A DNA stretch of 62,940 bases, filler included, from Octopus bimaculoides (lineage: Eukaryota): the NCBI RefSeq assembly GCF_001194135.2. It is 5 parts of 5 records of this genome, joined end to end, with 100 filler letters (N's around TTAATTAATTAA, not from the genome) between each part and the next. Parts side by side here need not be neighbours in the genome. Positions count along the whole stretch, not along the records: positions 28,751 to 53,094 come from NC_068985.1; 4 more parts are not named here. One strand, 5' to 3'. Every line of letters starts with the position of its first letter. Within the stretch, counting starts at the first letter, position 1. The notes beneath the pieces are model-generated. The model was given only the letters and a program-made list of their open reading frames with translations. It made no database searches and was not told the origin of the DNA. The position numbers and the translations under genes were made by a program. Below are positions 40,375 to 53,094 of this stretch, one piece after another.

Positions 40375-40734
40375 AAATTTTCAGATTCCTATGTTTTAGA
40401 TCTTGGAGATTACGAATATGCCAAAGACAAATTTTTTAAAAATTTCACCACCCACTGCCATTTAAACTTTTTCCGAAATTTTATTTTTAAACCACCTTTT
40501 CCAAATTCATCAATAAGGTCATGAAATGGTGATGAAAGGACTTTGACAAACCTAATTGATTGATTGACTGAACAATTAATCAAACAGTTGGTTAGTTGAA
40601 TGGTTAAATAGTTAACCAACTGGCAAACAAAAATATAAAGAAGTGAAATAGAACCAGTGCATGTGTTTATTATTGGTATAATGACCCTCCCAAGATACTG
40701 CAAAGGATTAATTAGTTTGTTTTTTTTATTTTAG

Positions 40735-40845
40735 GTTTAGGCTCCACTGTACCAGAGCTTGATGTCGAGGACATTCCAGTTGTTGCCAAAACAAGATTTT
40801 CAATGATGGTTTCAGAAGTTGAGAATAAATTAAAAGAACATCCAG
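40735..40845 (+). CDS. ISOC2: ISOC2-like coding exon 2
   Basis: Acceptor tttttttattttag|G at 40734/40735; 111 nt, phase 1-1; (G)LGSTVPELDVEDIPVVAKTRFSMMVSEVENKLKEHP, containing the conserved KTxFSM lysine; donor G|GTAAGT at 40846. Confidence 0.95.
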
Positions 40846-41639
40846 GTAAGTTTGTTCCACTTATTCCCTTTATTTGTACTCCACTCTTAACATACCCTTT
40901 TAACTATTTTAGTGTAATAAATCACAAAAATGTGTGCTTTTTTATAATTAATAAAAGGATTGGAGTTCACTGCAGCGACAAAATATTCCTTTCTTGTGTT
41001 CAAGTAGTTTGGGAGTAACATGTGATGCTGCAATATGCACCACTTTGTGTTCTTTGTATTTTGTTATTGGGAGATTAAACCTTAGCAGGATTAGCATAAT
41101 CATCATAGGCCTAATGTAGACTAGTATTTTGTCCTTGTGTTGGCCAAATGTGATGCCTGTCAGTGCTCTTAGATGTTTGTACTTTGTTTTGTTATGTCTT
41201 TTATATGTGTTACTGAGGTGTACATAATCTTTACCATTTTTTTTCTTATGTCTTTTGATGTTCTTTGGTGTTACAAATAAAAGAGACATAGATTTAACAG
41301 GTACTAATTTTAGTCTGCTTATTTGAAATGCAGCTGTGTCTGAAGAATGGTGAGAGCAGGTGCTTATTGTCTTGGCATTTGAAGATGTATATATGTTTTG
41401 TAGGAAAGTCATATAGTTGTAAATGTTGCTTTCCATACATCAAATGACTATATAAAAGGTCACTTTTGGGAAAGCACATCATGCTGCCAGGTTCAATACC
41501 CTTTCTAGTCCATGGATGCCTTTAACAGTATTTACTTTCTTGCAAGTATCTAGACTAAACTCCCAATAAGAGGTTATTAGTATGATCTCATAGTGCACTA
41601 TCATTCATTACACTTTCCTAAACATCTCAGCTAAAAAAA

Positions 41640-42350
41640 AAAAACTCCAAGCTTTCTGGACAACTCCGCCACTTCTTCTCTAGTATCCGTGGACTACAAA
41701 CCAGCCAGCTGCCTATGCGTACACACCCATGACCTTTTGCAAGTACATAAATAACACATCCTCTTTGTTTCTCCATTCCACACTCCTCTCATTCCTCGTC
41801 TTTAGTACATCCGTTTTCCAAACCACACTTTATATTCAAACTTCACTCTGAAAGATAGTATCTATGAGTATGAAGATTCCTCTCTCTCTATCACCCAACT
41901 CTCTTGTCTGGATATTACTAACAAGGACTTCTAGTTACTTAGGCCAAAATTTTCCCCCTTCTGATCCTCTAAACACATCTACTACCACTCTCCAAACTCT
42001 TCCATCTGCTTTCTGAAGTTTAATCATTCTCTCTGACTTCAATGCTCACAAGTTTTATATTCATGTTATACTTGTGCTACTCATGGAGAAACTAAATATT
42101 TAGAAATCCTCAACTCTTTACAACTAGTTTCATCCCACTAAAGGAATCCTTGACCTACATACAAACAATCCAAACCCTCTTGATCTCTTTCTTATCTCCA
42201 AGCCCACCCTCTACCAATCCATTGGTATCTCTGCACCTATTATTTTTTTTTCTTTCAGTTAACCACTACCTCATCTCACCTACCCACTACATATTCACAT
42301 ACCATGCAGTGCCTCTCACCTCCCAGGCCTTAATGACACTTCAAGTCTAC
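41640..42350 (+). mobile_element. Heavily decayed CR1/L2-type endonuclease region
   Basis: Remnant IILSDFNAH (GDFN motif) and a QLV...ILDL-like segment in C/T-rich sequence. Boundaries approximate. Confidence 0.45.
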
Positions 42351-42567
42351 TGAGCAATTGGAGCTCTCTGTTCTATGCTAATTGTACTTTGCAGTACATG
42401 TGCTTCACCTGTCATCCACTAGAGATAGCTAGGTGAGTGACTGAAACCATACTTTGGCATGTCCCTCCACATCTCACATGCAATTAAAACCAAGAGCCTC
42501 AACTCCCTCAAGTATTTTACCCACAGCTCTGCTGCAGCAGTTCAGGTGCAAAGAAAATAGCCTACAA

Positions 42568-43745
42568 CATCATCATCATCATCATTTAATATCCATTGTC
42601 CATGCTGGCATGAGTTGGACGGTTTCACTGGGATGGCATGCTGGAAGGCTGCAGCAGACTCCAGGCTTATTTGGCATGGTTTTTTATGGCTGGATGCCCT
42701 TCCTAATGCCAACCACTTCAAGAGTGTAATGGGTGTTTTTATATGCCACTGGCATGGGTGCCAATTTGCATGACACTAGTATCTGCCATGATTACAATTT
42801 TGCTTGGCTTGATGGGTCATCTTCTTAAGCACAACACAATGCCAATCATCTTGGTCATTGCCTCTATGAGGCCCAACACTCAAAAGGAACTAAGCCACTT
42901 AGCCTCTGTGAGGCCCAGTGCTCGAAAGGAAGTCAGTCACTTTGCCTCCGTGAGGTCCAATGTTCAAAAGATGTTCTTTACGTGCCACCAGCACGGGTGC
43001 ACTTGGCTTGATGGGTCAAGCACAGCACATCTCCAAAGATCTCAGTCACCAGTCATTGCCTCTGTGAGGCTCAAAGTTCAAAGATCATGTTTCACCACCT
43101 TGTCCCATGTCTTCCTGGGTCTACCTCTACCACAGGTTCCTTCCACAGTTAGAGATTGACACTTCTTTACAAAGCTGTCCTCATCCATACACATCACATG
43201 ACCATATCAGTACAGTTGTTTCTCTTGTACACCAAATTGATTCCTTTTATGCCTAACTTTTCTCTCAGAATTCTTACATTCTGTTGAACATGCACACTGA
43301 CATTGCACATCTAGCGAAGCATACTAGCTTCATTTCTTTGAAGCCTATGCATGTCTTCGGCTGTCATAGCCCATGCTTCACTGCCATGCAGCATAGCTGT
43401 TTGCACACAGACATCAAACAATCTGCCTTTCACTCAGAGAGGCCCTTTGTTGCCAGCAGAGATAGTAGCTTTCTGAACTTTGCCCAACATAACCTTATTC
43501 TCACAGCTACGCTCTCAGAGCATCCACCTCCACTACTAACTTGGTCACCTAAATATCAGAAGCTATCTACTACATCTAACCTACCCCACTGGCAGTTGAT
43601 GGAATCTATTTCCTGCTCATTTACAGCATTTATTGTACCTATGCACCTTCCACATACAAAAGTTAGTTTCCCTGTTAACCTTCTTCTGATGTTGCTGCAC
43701 CTTTTATTGCTTCCATAAGATACTAGAAATACATCCAGGGAAATC
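42568..43745 (-). mobile_element. Decayed RTE LINE 3' portion
   Basis: (CAT)n tail at 42568, RTE 3' UTR, C-terminal ORF2 remnants and Cys cluster NKRCSNIRRRLTGKLTFVCGRCIG. Confidence 0.8.
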
Positions 43746-44644
43746 CAAAAGCTCAAAAGCCCTAGAAGCTAATGAAATCCCAAAGACCAAACAAGCTCTT
43801 TCACCTTCCAAACAACAGTCAATCCTTTTGGTCCTTTACCAGAAAGATATCAACCAACATTGCAGAATCCCCCTTCACTCTACTTAGTATTGTAAGATAT
43901 TGTTCTAACCACAATTTTGTTGTTTTTTTAAAGTATATGTTAAGTATTTTGTTTATAAGTGATTAGTTAGGAATGGAATCAAATGCTCTACTAATATTAG
44001 AATATGCATGTTACTTTTTGTAATATATATGTTACTTTTTGGTGGGATACTATCATATACTTTTTGCCTCAGTAATGTATTAGCTATATATAGGTTATTT
44101 GAATCTACATTACTTGTTGGAATGAGAAATGAGTAAGTTGGTTATATCAAAGACAAGTCTTTCTAGGATTTATTAATGTGTTCACAATGTGGAAGATTTA
44201 TCATAATCATTATTATTTTATCCAGTTTTCAAGTTCTAGGAATTAGTTTCTTTTTTTTTTTTTTTCCAGTAGATTAGTCATGTTTGATGTAAGCATGAAA
44301 GAAGAGAAAACATGATAAAAATTAATGTTAGTTAATTTAATATTCATAAGAAACTATAACAGAATAAGTGACCTGAATCAAAATAATGAAATTGAATGCT
44401 AAGTAACAATAGCTAATGAGTTTGCAGTAACAAAATGTGTTGTAGCATAATTTGATAGTTTCCACACAATTATATTCCTCCAGGCTGTGTGGTTAAGTAG
44501 TTTACTTCTCAACCACATGGTTTTGGGTTCAGTTCTACTGCATGGCACCTTGGGTGAGTGACTTATGCTACAGTCCTGGGCCAATCAAAGCTTTGTGAGT
44601 GCATTTGGTGGATAGAGATACTGAAAGAAGCCTGTTGTGTATGT

Positions 44645-45583
44645 CATCATCATCATCATCATCATCATCGTTTAACGTCCGCTTTCCATGCTAGCATGGG
44701 TTGGACGATTTGACTGAGGACTGGTGAAACCGGATGGCAACACCAGGCTCCAGTCTGATTTGGCAGAGTTTCTACAGCTGGATGCCCTTCCTAACGCCAA
44801 CCACTCAGAGAGTGTAGTGGGTGCTTTTACGTGTCACCTGCACGAAAACGGCCACGCTCGAAATGGTGTCTTTTATGTGCCNNNNNNNNNNNNNNNNNNN
44901 NNNNNNNNNNNNNNNNNNNNNNNNNNNNNNNNNNNNNNNNNNNNNNNNNNNNNNNNNNNNNNNNNNNNNNNNNNNNNNNNNNNNNNNNNNNNNNNNNNNN
45001 NNNNNNNNNNNNNNNNNNNNNNNNNNNNNNNNNNNNNNNNNNNNNNNNNNNNNNNNNNNNNNNNNNNNNNNNNNNNNNNNNNNNNNNNNNNNNNNNNNNN
45101 NNNNNNNNNNNNNNNNNNNNNNNNNNNNNNNNNNNNNNNNNNNNNNNNNNNNNNNNNNNNNNNNNNNNNNNNNNNNNNNNNNNNNNNNNNNNNNNNNNNN
45201 NNNNNNNNNNCTACCTCTTCCACGGGTTCCCTCAACTGTTAGGGTGTGGCACTTTTTCACGCAGCTATCCTCCTCCATTCTCACCACATGTCCATACCAG
45301 CGCAATCGTCTCTCTTGCACGCCACAACTGATGCTTCTAATGTTCAGCTTTTCTCTCAAGATACTTACACTCTGACGGGTATTCACATTGACATTACACA
45401 TCCAACGGAGCATACTGGCTTCATTCCTTGCGAGCTTACGTATGTCCTCAGCAGTTACAGCCCATGTTTCACTGCCATGTAGCATGGTTGTTCGTACGCA
45501 TGCGTCATACAGTCTGCCTTTTACTCTGAGTGAGAGTCCCTTTGCCTTTTACTCTGAGTGAGAGTCCCTTTGCCTTTTACTCT
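44645..45583 (-). mobile_element. Young 5'-truncated RTE LINE (interrupted by gap)
   Basis: ORF 44805-45485: MLHGSETWAVTAEDIRKLARNEASMLRWMC...ERRLRWYGHV; CpGs intact; (CAT)n tail; 28-bp tandem duplication at the 5' truncation (45515-45583). Confidence 0.9.
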
Positions 45584-47352
45584 CATTCTGTAAAGTGGTT
45601 GGTTTTAAGGGGATCCAGCTGTAAAAATCCATACCAAAGCAGACAGTGGAGGTTGGTGCAGTCCTCTCCCTTACCACTTCCTGTCAAACCATTCAACACA
45701 TGCCAGCATGGAAGATGAGTGTTAAATGATGATTGTATGTGTGTGTGTGCGCACGCGTGCGCATGCTCCCCTGTTCCTGTGTATGCATGTTTGTCTCTTT
45801 GTCTTGATATCATGATTGTTGTAAATAAATGTCATCCATTTCCAATATTCTGCAAAAAACGTGTCTGGATACAGAGAGATATTACCTTGCTTGGAAACAT
45901 GTTAGGGTTGACAACAGACAGGACATAGAAAATCTGCCTCACTAAACTCTATCTGACTCATGCAGGCATGGAAGGTGGATATTATAACAATGATTATGAT
46001 TCTTATAAAGAAAAATATTGAGGAGTTTGGTGTGGATAGGAACTAACTTTGGCACACATTATTTGAGATTAATAGAAAAGGCCCTGCCAAGGTCAGTCAC
46101 CTTGTTCGGTTGGAGCAACCAAGAAAGGTTTTCTTGTTAACTGCATGAACATGACAGTGAGACTGTTGAAAAGGAGATACTTTTAAGGATAATTTCATAG
46201 ATGACTCATTGGTAATTCCTGAAATGATTCTTATGAGAACTATACTCAAGATAAGATTAATACCACACTGCTTATGTGTAGATGGCTATAGTGGCTTACT
46301 TGTTTACTCTACCTCTACCTTCTTCCTCTCATAAAACTTAACAAATGTTTGCAGATTCCTCTAACATATAATGGTTTCAAATTTTTGGCACAAGGCCAGC
46401 AATTTTAGTTGCTTACATTGACTCCAGTTCTTGACTGCTACTTTGTCAACCCTGAATGAATGAAAGGCAAAATCGACCATGGTAGTATTTGAACTCAGTG
46501 TAAAAGAGCCAGAAGAAATATCTCTAAGCATTTTGTCCGACATGCTAATTATTCTGCCAACTCGCCACTCTTGTTCTCTAACATGTAACAGTATGGAAAA
46601 AAACTCACTATCCTAATATCCCAGAAGTACATGGGTTGAAGTGGTGAAGACTGACCTCAAGATGTTGAACTTTGTGAAAGAGATGACAGGGTACTGAGAT
46701 GGATGACTGCATGCTGTGCTTGAGAAAACCCTTTCATCTCAGGAAAAACAAGGTTTTGTCAAGCCTTCCTCCACAACTCATTGTCTAACCCCCAGTCTTC
46801 CAGCAATCTTCTGTTGTACCCTATTTCTTCCCTTGACTTCACCTCCACTGAACTGTTATTCTCTGTATCCAACACATTCTCTATCTCTAATCATCTATCA
46901 CACTATTCTCACCTCACCCATCTTTTCTGTTCTTCTATTTGCTCTTCCCTTCTGATTTCTCTTCTTCATTTCTTTTCTCTGACTGGTGACTTGCAAGCTG
47001 CAGAGCTATATTGGGCTCCAGTGTCATCTTTGGCATGGTTTCTATGGGTCGATGCCCTTCCTAATGCCATATACGTACACAGGCACTGGTGTGGCTAAAA
47101 AGTGGCTATCTTGGAATGGTGTAGTAATCATAAATGAGTGCCAGCATCATACAAGCAGTGTCAATCATTTCCAATATTCTGCAAAAAACATTTCTGGTTT
47201 TGGAGAAATATTATCTCGTTTGGAAACAAGGGTTGGCATTAGAAAGGGTATCCAGCTCTAGAAATCTGCCTCAATAAACTCCATCCAGCTCATGCAAGCA
47301 TGGAAAAGTGAACATTAAAATGATGGTTTTTTTTTTTTTTTTTTTTCCCCAG

Positions 47353-47485
47353 ATGTAAATTCTGTTGTTTTATGTGGTATTGAGGCACATGCTTGCATTC
47401 AACAAACAGTACTTGATCTTTTGGAGAAAGACTACCAAGTCCATGTCGTTGTGGATGCATGTTCCTCTCGTTCAATGGTTGATAG
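47353..47485 (+). CDS. ISOC2: ISOC2-like coding exon 3
   Basis: Acceptor poly-T-ccccag| at 47352/47353; 133 nt, phase 1-2; (D)[43 protein letters not shown](R), with the family nucleophile Cys (IEAHAC); donor AG|GTATGT at 47486. Confidence 0.95.
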
Positions 47486-48544
47486 GTATGTACTCATTTT
47501 ATCAATTCTGTTGTAGAAACTTTAAATGTGTGTTGGTGTCTTTTGTGAGGCTTTGAAGCTGACTACTTCATTAAGGTACCTATATTGGTTTCAAATTTTG
47601 GCACAAGGCCAGCAAGTTTAGAGGAGGGATTAAGTCAATTACATTGATCCCAGTGTTCCACTGGTACCTATTATTTTGTAGGCTCTGAAAGGGATGAAAG
47701 GCAAAGTCAGTCTTGGCAGAATTTTAACTCAGAACATAAAGACAAACAAAATGCTAAGCATTTTGCCTGGTGTGCTAACAATTCTGTCAGCTCGGTACCC
47801 TATTAAGTTACCTATATTGCAAATACTTTCTATGAACTAATATATTTTCACCAAACAGCTTCACACACATTAATTACATGATCATATTAATATAGTTGTC
47901 CCTATTGCATATATAGGACAATGATATGCAGTCTCTTTCTCAACCATTTGGCAATCAGTATTTCTCATGAATTAATATTATGTATTCAGTAGACCTTTTT
48001 TGTAATAGAACTCCTGCATTTTTCACCATGCAATATATACAAATTGTTTCACACTCTTGCAGTATACCTTGTGTATACTACTGTATTGTTTACATAAGAA
48101 TTGAAATTTATTTTGTTTAGAAAGTTTGAGAGATAAATAAATCATGTTTATGGTGAAACTTGAAGTAGATAAAACCTTAAATATTATCTTTATCTACTTT
48201 GAGTTTCACCTTTAAAAAAGTTATACCATATTATTATATATTTTGTAATAATTGTTTACAATCTTATTTAACTGGTCTATTATTTATTTCACAATTTCTA
48301 ATACATCTTATTTCAGAATATTGAAATTAGTGATGTTAACCACTAATTGGAGATAACTCAATTTACCAAGTAATTCACATTATCCATAATTACTATCTTT
48401 CTGGGAATCCATAGCATTTTAATTTTGCTAGCAAATAAGCATATGATATATATTGGTATATTATTGTCTTACTTTCAAATATGTTTGGGAGCTACATGCT
48501 ATATTTACTCAACAGTAAGAAAGTTTCATACTAATATGTAAAGG

Positions 48545-49235
48545 AGAGCTGTGTGAAGAAGTGTCACTCCCTAACAGTGGAAGAGGGAGACTCAGGAAGA
48601 CATGGGATGAGGTGGTGAAGCACGACCTTCAAACATTGGGCTTCACAGAGTCCATGACAAGAGACCGAGACCTCTGGAGATATGCTGTGATTGGGCAGAC
48701 CTGACAAGTAAAGTGAGATCACAACCATAGCCTATACCAGTGTCATAATCTGCCCATTTAAAAAGTACCTTTGAATCGTTGGGCAACACGCCATGCTTGA
48801 GGAGACCTACTGAGTCAAGTAAAATGGAAATTGTAGTTGTGGCCGATGTTGGTGGCACGTAATAAACACCATTCATGTGTGAGTCGATGCCAGTGCCACC
48901 TGACAGGCTCCCCGTGCTGGTGGCACGTAAGAAGCACCATCTGAATGTGGTCGATACCAGCCCCACTGCCCCAACTGGCTCCTGTGCCAGTGGCACATAA
49001 AAAGCACCATATGAATATGGCCGATGCCAGTGCCGCCTTACTGGCTCCCATGCAGTGGCAGGTAAAAATCACCCAATACACTCTTGGAGTGGTTGGCATT
49101 AAGAAGGGCATCCAGCTGTAGAAACCTTGCAAGATCAGATTGAAGCCTGGTGCAGCCTCCAGGCTTGCTAGTCCCCAATCAAACCGTCCAACCCATGGAA
49201 AACGGATGTTAAACGATGATGATGATGATGATGAT
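48545..49235 (+). mobile_element. RTE LINE 3' end in ISOC2 intron 3
   Basis: KKCHSLTVE...RKTWDEVVKHDL remnant, tandem 3' UTR, (GAT)n tail ending at 49235. Confidence 0.85.
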
Positions 49236-49488
49236 TACAAAGCTGCAGCATAATAAGTTGTGTAGTTTCAGCATTTAATCTTCTTTTTCCATGTGTTGTT
49301 TTATTACCACTTTACTGGAAATCAGAGACAATGTTCTAGCTATTCCAGCTATAACAGGAACATGGCATGACAGGATCAAACATTTTTGCTTTTGTTTTTT
49401 ACATCTTGTTAATTTGTGAAATAGACTCCCTGATTTTTTACTTTGATGCAGGTTATTGCTTCAACAAATGTCTTGTTTATCATTTTAG

Positions 49489-49663
49489 GATGTATGCATT
49501 CAATCGCATTAAGGATGCAGGTGCTTTTTTGACTACGAGTGAAAGTGCATTGCTGTCTCTTTGTCAAGATGCAAAACACCCCAAATTTAAAGAAATTCAG
49601 CGTTTAATTACACATCCTGCTCCAGACAGTGGATTACTGCCAATGCAGCCATCTCATTTGTGA
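49489..49663 (+). CDS. ISOC2: ISOC2-like coding exon 4 (terminal)
   Basis: Acceptor tttatcattttag|G at 49488/49489; (R)[57 protein letters not shown]. The four exons sum to 184+111+133+175 = 603 nt = 200 aa plus stop, in frame throughout. Confidence 0.95.
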
Positions 49664-49863
49664 AACCAATTGAATTCTGGGATTGAAGCGACTACATTTT
49701 AATTTTTTGATACATCCTCCCTAATTCTGAAATTTATTTTTATTGATAGATATTCATGGAATGTTAGATACTTATGCCTTCTTTCACTATGAGATAAATC
49801 TGACAGTTCTATGTTTGGAAATTTACTTAATTGTTTTATTGACCTGTTAAAATCTGAAACCTT

Positions 49864-49869
49864 AATAAA
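49864..49869 (+). terminator. Poly(A) signal of the ISOC2-like gene
   Basis: AATAAA about 200 nt after the stop codon, at the end of a U-rich 3' UTR-like stretch. Confidence 0.6.
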
Positions 49870-49899
49870 AATTTATTATACTGACCTTGCCTTACCTGA

Positions 49900-52430
49900 T
49901 TCTATGATAAACTTCTTGAAGTGAAGATTATTCTGATGCAGCAGGTTCTGCTCAAATGTTGTTGGTTGCAACTTTCAGATTGAGCACTTTTCTTTGCTAG
50001 TAACTAAATACTATGAAAAAGAGAAGAGCCATGCAAATATTTACATGTTCCCTGTGATTGTTGATGGAGGTATATTTTTTGAAGGTGGAAAGCTATGCCA
50101 ATGAGAAGAGGGAAAGTGCTCATAGCCATTACAGGCTTTTCTTGAGTGGTGAGACTGATGCAGTTGAACTTGAGTTCAAGGGAAAGAATTCTGGAAGAAA
50201 CTATTTTAAGAATCAAGCCCGAGACTTAGGGGAATATTGGCAGGCATCTCTTTTGCAAGATTGCACACACTTGGTAATGCAGGAGAGACACCATTAGAAA
50301 CAAAAGAAACAATGGTGAGTGTCGGTTTGCAAAAGATGAATTTAGTTTTTGAGCTAATCTTTTTATAACAACCAACTATCTCCCTCAGGATAACATCAAC
50401 CCCAGCAGTGTATCCATAGTAAACGTGTTTTTCAAACTCATAAACACTAAATACCTGACTTAAGAGATTTATATAACACTGCAATTCCTCTTGATCGATG
50501 TCAGTATTTGTAAGAGAAGGGTAATGGCAAATGTGGTGTTGTGTACATGTGAGAAATGGATTCATGGTAGATGTACGAAAATGAAGAAGGTGACCCCAAG
50601 ACTGGCAAGAGATTTTATTTGTGGAAGATGTGAGAAAGGAGCTGGAGGGCTGGCATAACCAGTGGAAACGGTGAGAGGATTTTGTTATTTGGGAGATAGG
50701 GTGGATGTGAATCAGTGGTGACAGAAAGAGCAAGACTTGGCTGGGTGAAGTTCAGGGAATGTGGAGTGTTGTTATATTGGAAAAGGTTCTTCAAGACAAA
50801 AGGAAGAGTTTATCGGAGTTGCGTGATGTCTGTGATACTGTATGGAAGTGAGACATGGTGTCTGAGGGAAAGCAAAATGGCAATGTTGAGAAGGACTGAG
50901 AGCAATGTGTGGTGTGAAACTATTAGATACAAGGAAGGCTGAGGACTTGATGGGGATGCTGACGTTGGAGGAATTGGTGGAACAGCTGGCAAGGGCGAAT
51001 GGAGTGTGGTGGTATGGACATGTGTTGAGGGATGAAGATCATGTTCTGAGGAGAGTGCTTTAGCTTAAAGTGAATGAACCACTAAGTGGATATTTTCATT
51101 TAAAAAATTTACACTTCTTTCCTTTGTCGGTTGAGTAAAGTGTCATCCAAGATGGTGTTTATTGGTAATTAAACTTATTTTGCAACACTTGTGCATATTT
51201 ATCAGCTTTGTTTTTGTTTCAGTAGAAATATCTGTTTTGTCTGCCTTTAAGGACCAAGTAGTCGAACATGGCCACATACCTGACAATATACTTTTTTTTT
51301 TTATCTGTTTATCAAATTATGCAATTTTTAAAATTAAATGGAATATAATGTAGATCAAGAGGAAAAGAAAATTAGCCAGCTGGCACATTTATGTATTAAT
51401 CAAAGGCATCCGTCTAAAGAAACCATGCCAAATTAGACTGGAACTTGGCGCAGTTCTCCAGCTTACCAATTCCGATCAAACTGTCTAACACATCCCAGCA
51501 TGGAAAGCAGATGCTAAATGATGATGAAACTTCATCTTGGCAAACAAGTTTGGGAATGGTTTAATGCATTTTCTATGAGTATAGACTCCTAATATATTTT
51601 GCATAAGACTAACTATTATAAAGCTCCTATGGTCTCTACTGGAAAAATCATATTGAAAATTACTTAAAAGACATCCTTTTCAGAGTCAAAACGTACTTTA
51701 TTTTACATCACTTACCAAAGTGATAACTTATATCCATGGAAATGTTATCTGGGTTAGTAACTCATGATCAAAAAGCTGTTTCCAACATCCTCTAACCATC
51801 ATATAGTTCTGTTCTACCTTTTCTACAATCACTACAGCTGATGCTCTTTTGAAATCAGTTGCTTAGTCTCCACAGGTTTGTTTCAATGTATCTCATTATC
51901 TAGTCTTCTAAACATTCTTTGAAACAATATTCCCCTAAAACTTTCTCACCAAATGTTAGCAATTCAAACTTTATTAATCTCATCTGACTATATTAACAGA
52001 TCCCATATAGGTCATGGAATCAATTCTTTCTTCTTGGATGAACAAAAACAAAATCATTTATTGTCCCAGTCTGCCTCGTTGGAAAATTAGTAAAATAATG
52101 ATAATCCTGGAACCTACACAAGGTAGTTGGAGCACCATGAGAAGAGTTTCTGGATGCCTTCTCTAGAACTATAAGTAGACAGGTTCAGTACTATAGTAGA
52201 AAATATTAAAAAAATATAGCATTCTCGTTGCTGTAATTGTACATTTCCAAGTTCTGTTGACTGAGCTATGATGAAATTAGATCTTTTTACTAGTGACACA
52301 TCACTGCCCATGTGACAAAATACAAACTGATGAACTTTCAACCGAAGGGCAAGCACTCTATTCTTCGTGTCAGTTGAGTCATCAATAGCCATGAAATACA
52401 GTTGTAGAACTAAGTCACTTCGTGACAAAT
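49900..52430 (-). mobile_element. Fossil hAT (Buster/SPIN/ZBED5-like) transposase, interrupted by RTE and other inserts
   Basis: Collinear decayed motifs on minus: FMAIDDSTDTKN (cf. FSLALDESTD) near 52380; YVAMFDYL near 51270; C-terminal FPLL...GTCKYLHGSSLF...NQQHLSRTCCIR (cf. FGSTYLCEQxFS...LTDxHL..CLR) near 49930-50130. Boundaries approximate. Confidence 0.5.
50480..51075 (+). mobile_element. RTE LINE C-terminal fragment
   Basis: RRVMANVVLCTCEKWIHGRCTKMKKVTPRLARDFICGRCE and VTERARLGWVKFRE...ILYGSETWCLRES. Confidence 0.8.
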
Positions 52431-52872
52431 TTTAAATTAATGATGATCTATCTGCTAATATACACAAATGTAAATTCACAACCTATCACTATAAAAAGCA
52501 GCCGAATCAACTGAACATGAAAAGATTATACTACTCCAAGTTTTATACTAAATAATGCTAGACTGTTCTACACACCATAGATTTTAGTTAATATGGTAAT
52601 AAATGTTTAAAATATATATGTATACTCAAATCAGTCACTGATTCATTTAATTACTTAGTAGTAGTTGTTTATAATCAGTGTCACTACAGAGAGTTGAAAG
52701 TACTTGGTCACTTATAAAATTCAAAACAGGATTGAAACAATCCGTATGATCCTTCTTTTATCCATGAAACAACTACAAAAACAGTTTTAAAAAATGTGTT
52801 GGTTATATGCAGTATTGGCTAAAATCTATAGATATATTTTCATATGGTGTAGCATATACAAAAACACACACA

Positions 52873-53094
52873 CATCATCATCGTTTAACGTCCGCTTTCC
52901 ATGCTAGCATGGGTTGGACGATTTGACTGAGGACTGGTGAAACCGGATGGCAACACCAGGCTCCAGTCTGATTTGGCAGAGTTTCTACAGCTGGATGCCC
53001 TTCCTAACGCCAACCACTCAGAGAGTGTAGTGGGTGCTTTTACGTGTCACCCGCACGAAAACGGCCACGCTCGAAATGGTGTCTTTTATGTGCC
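52873..53094 (-). mobile_element. Young RTE 3' tail, near-identical to 44645-44881
   Basis: Apart from the length of the (CAT)n tail I see one substitution (CACCCGCACG vs CACCTGCACG); both copies break into a gap at the same base. Confidence 0.9.
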
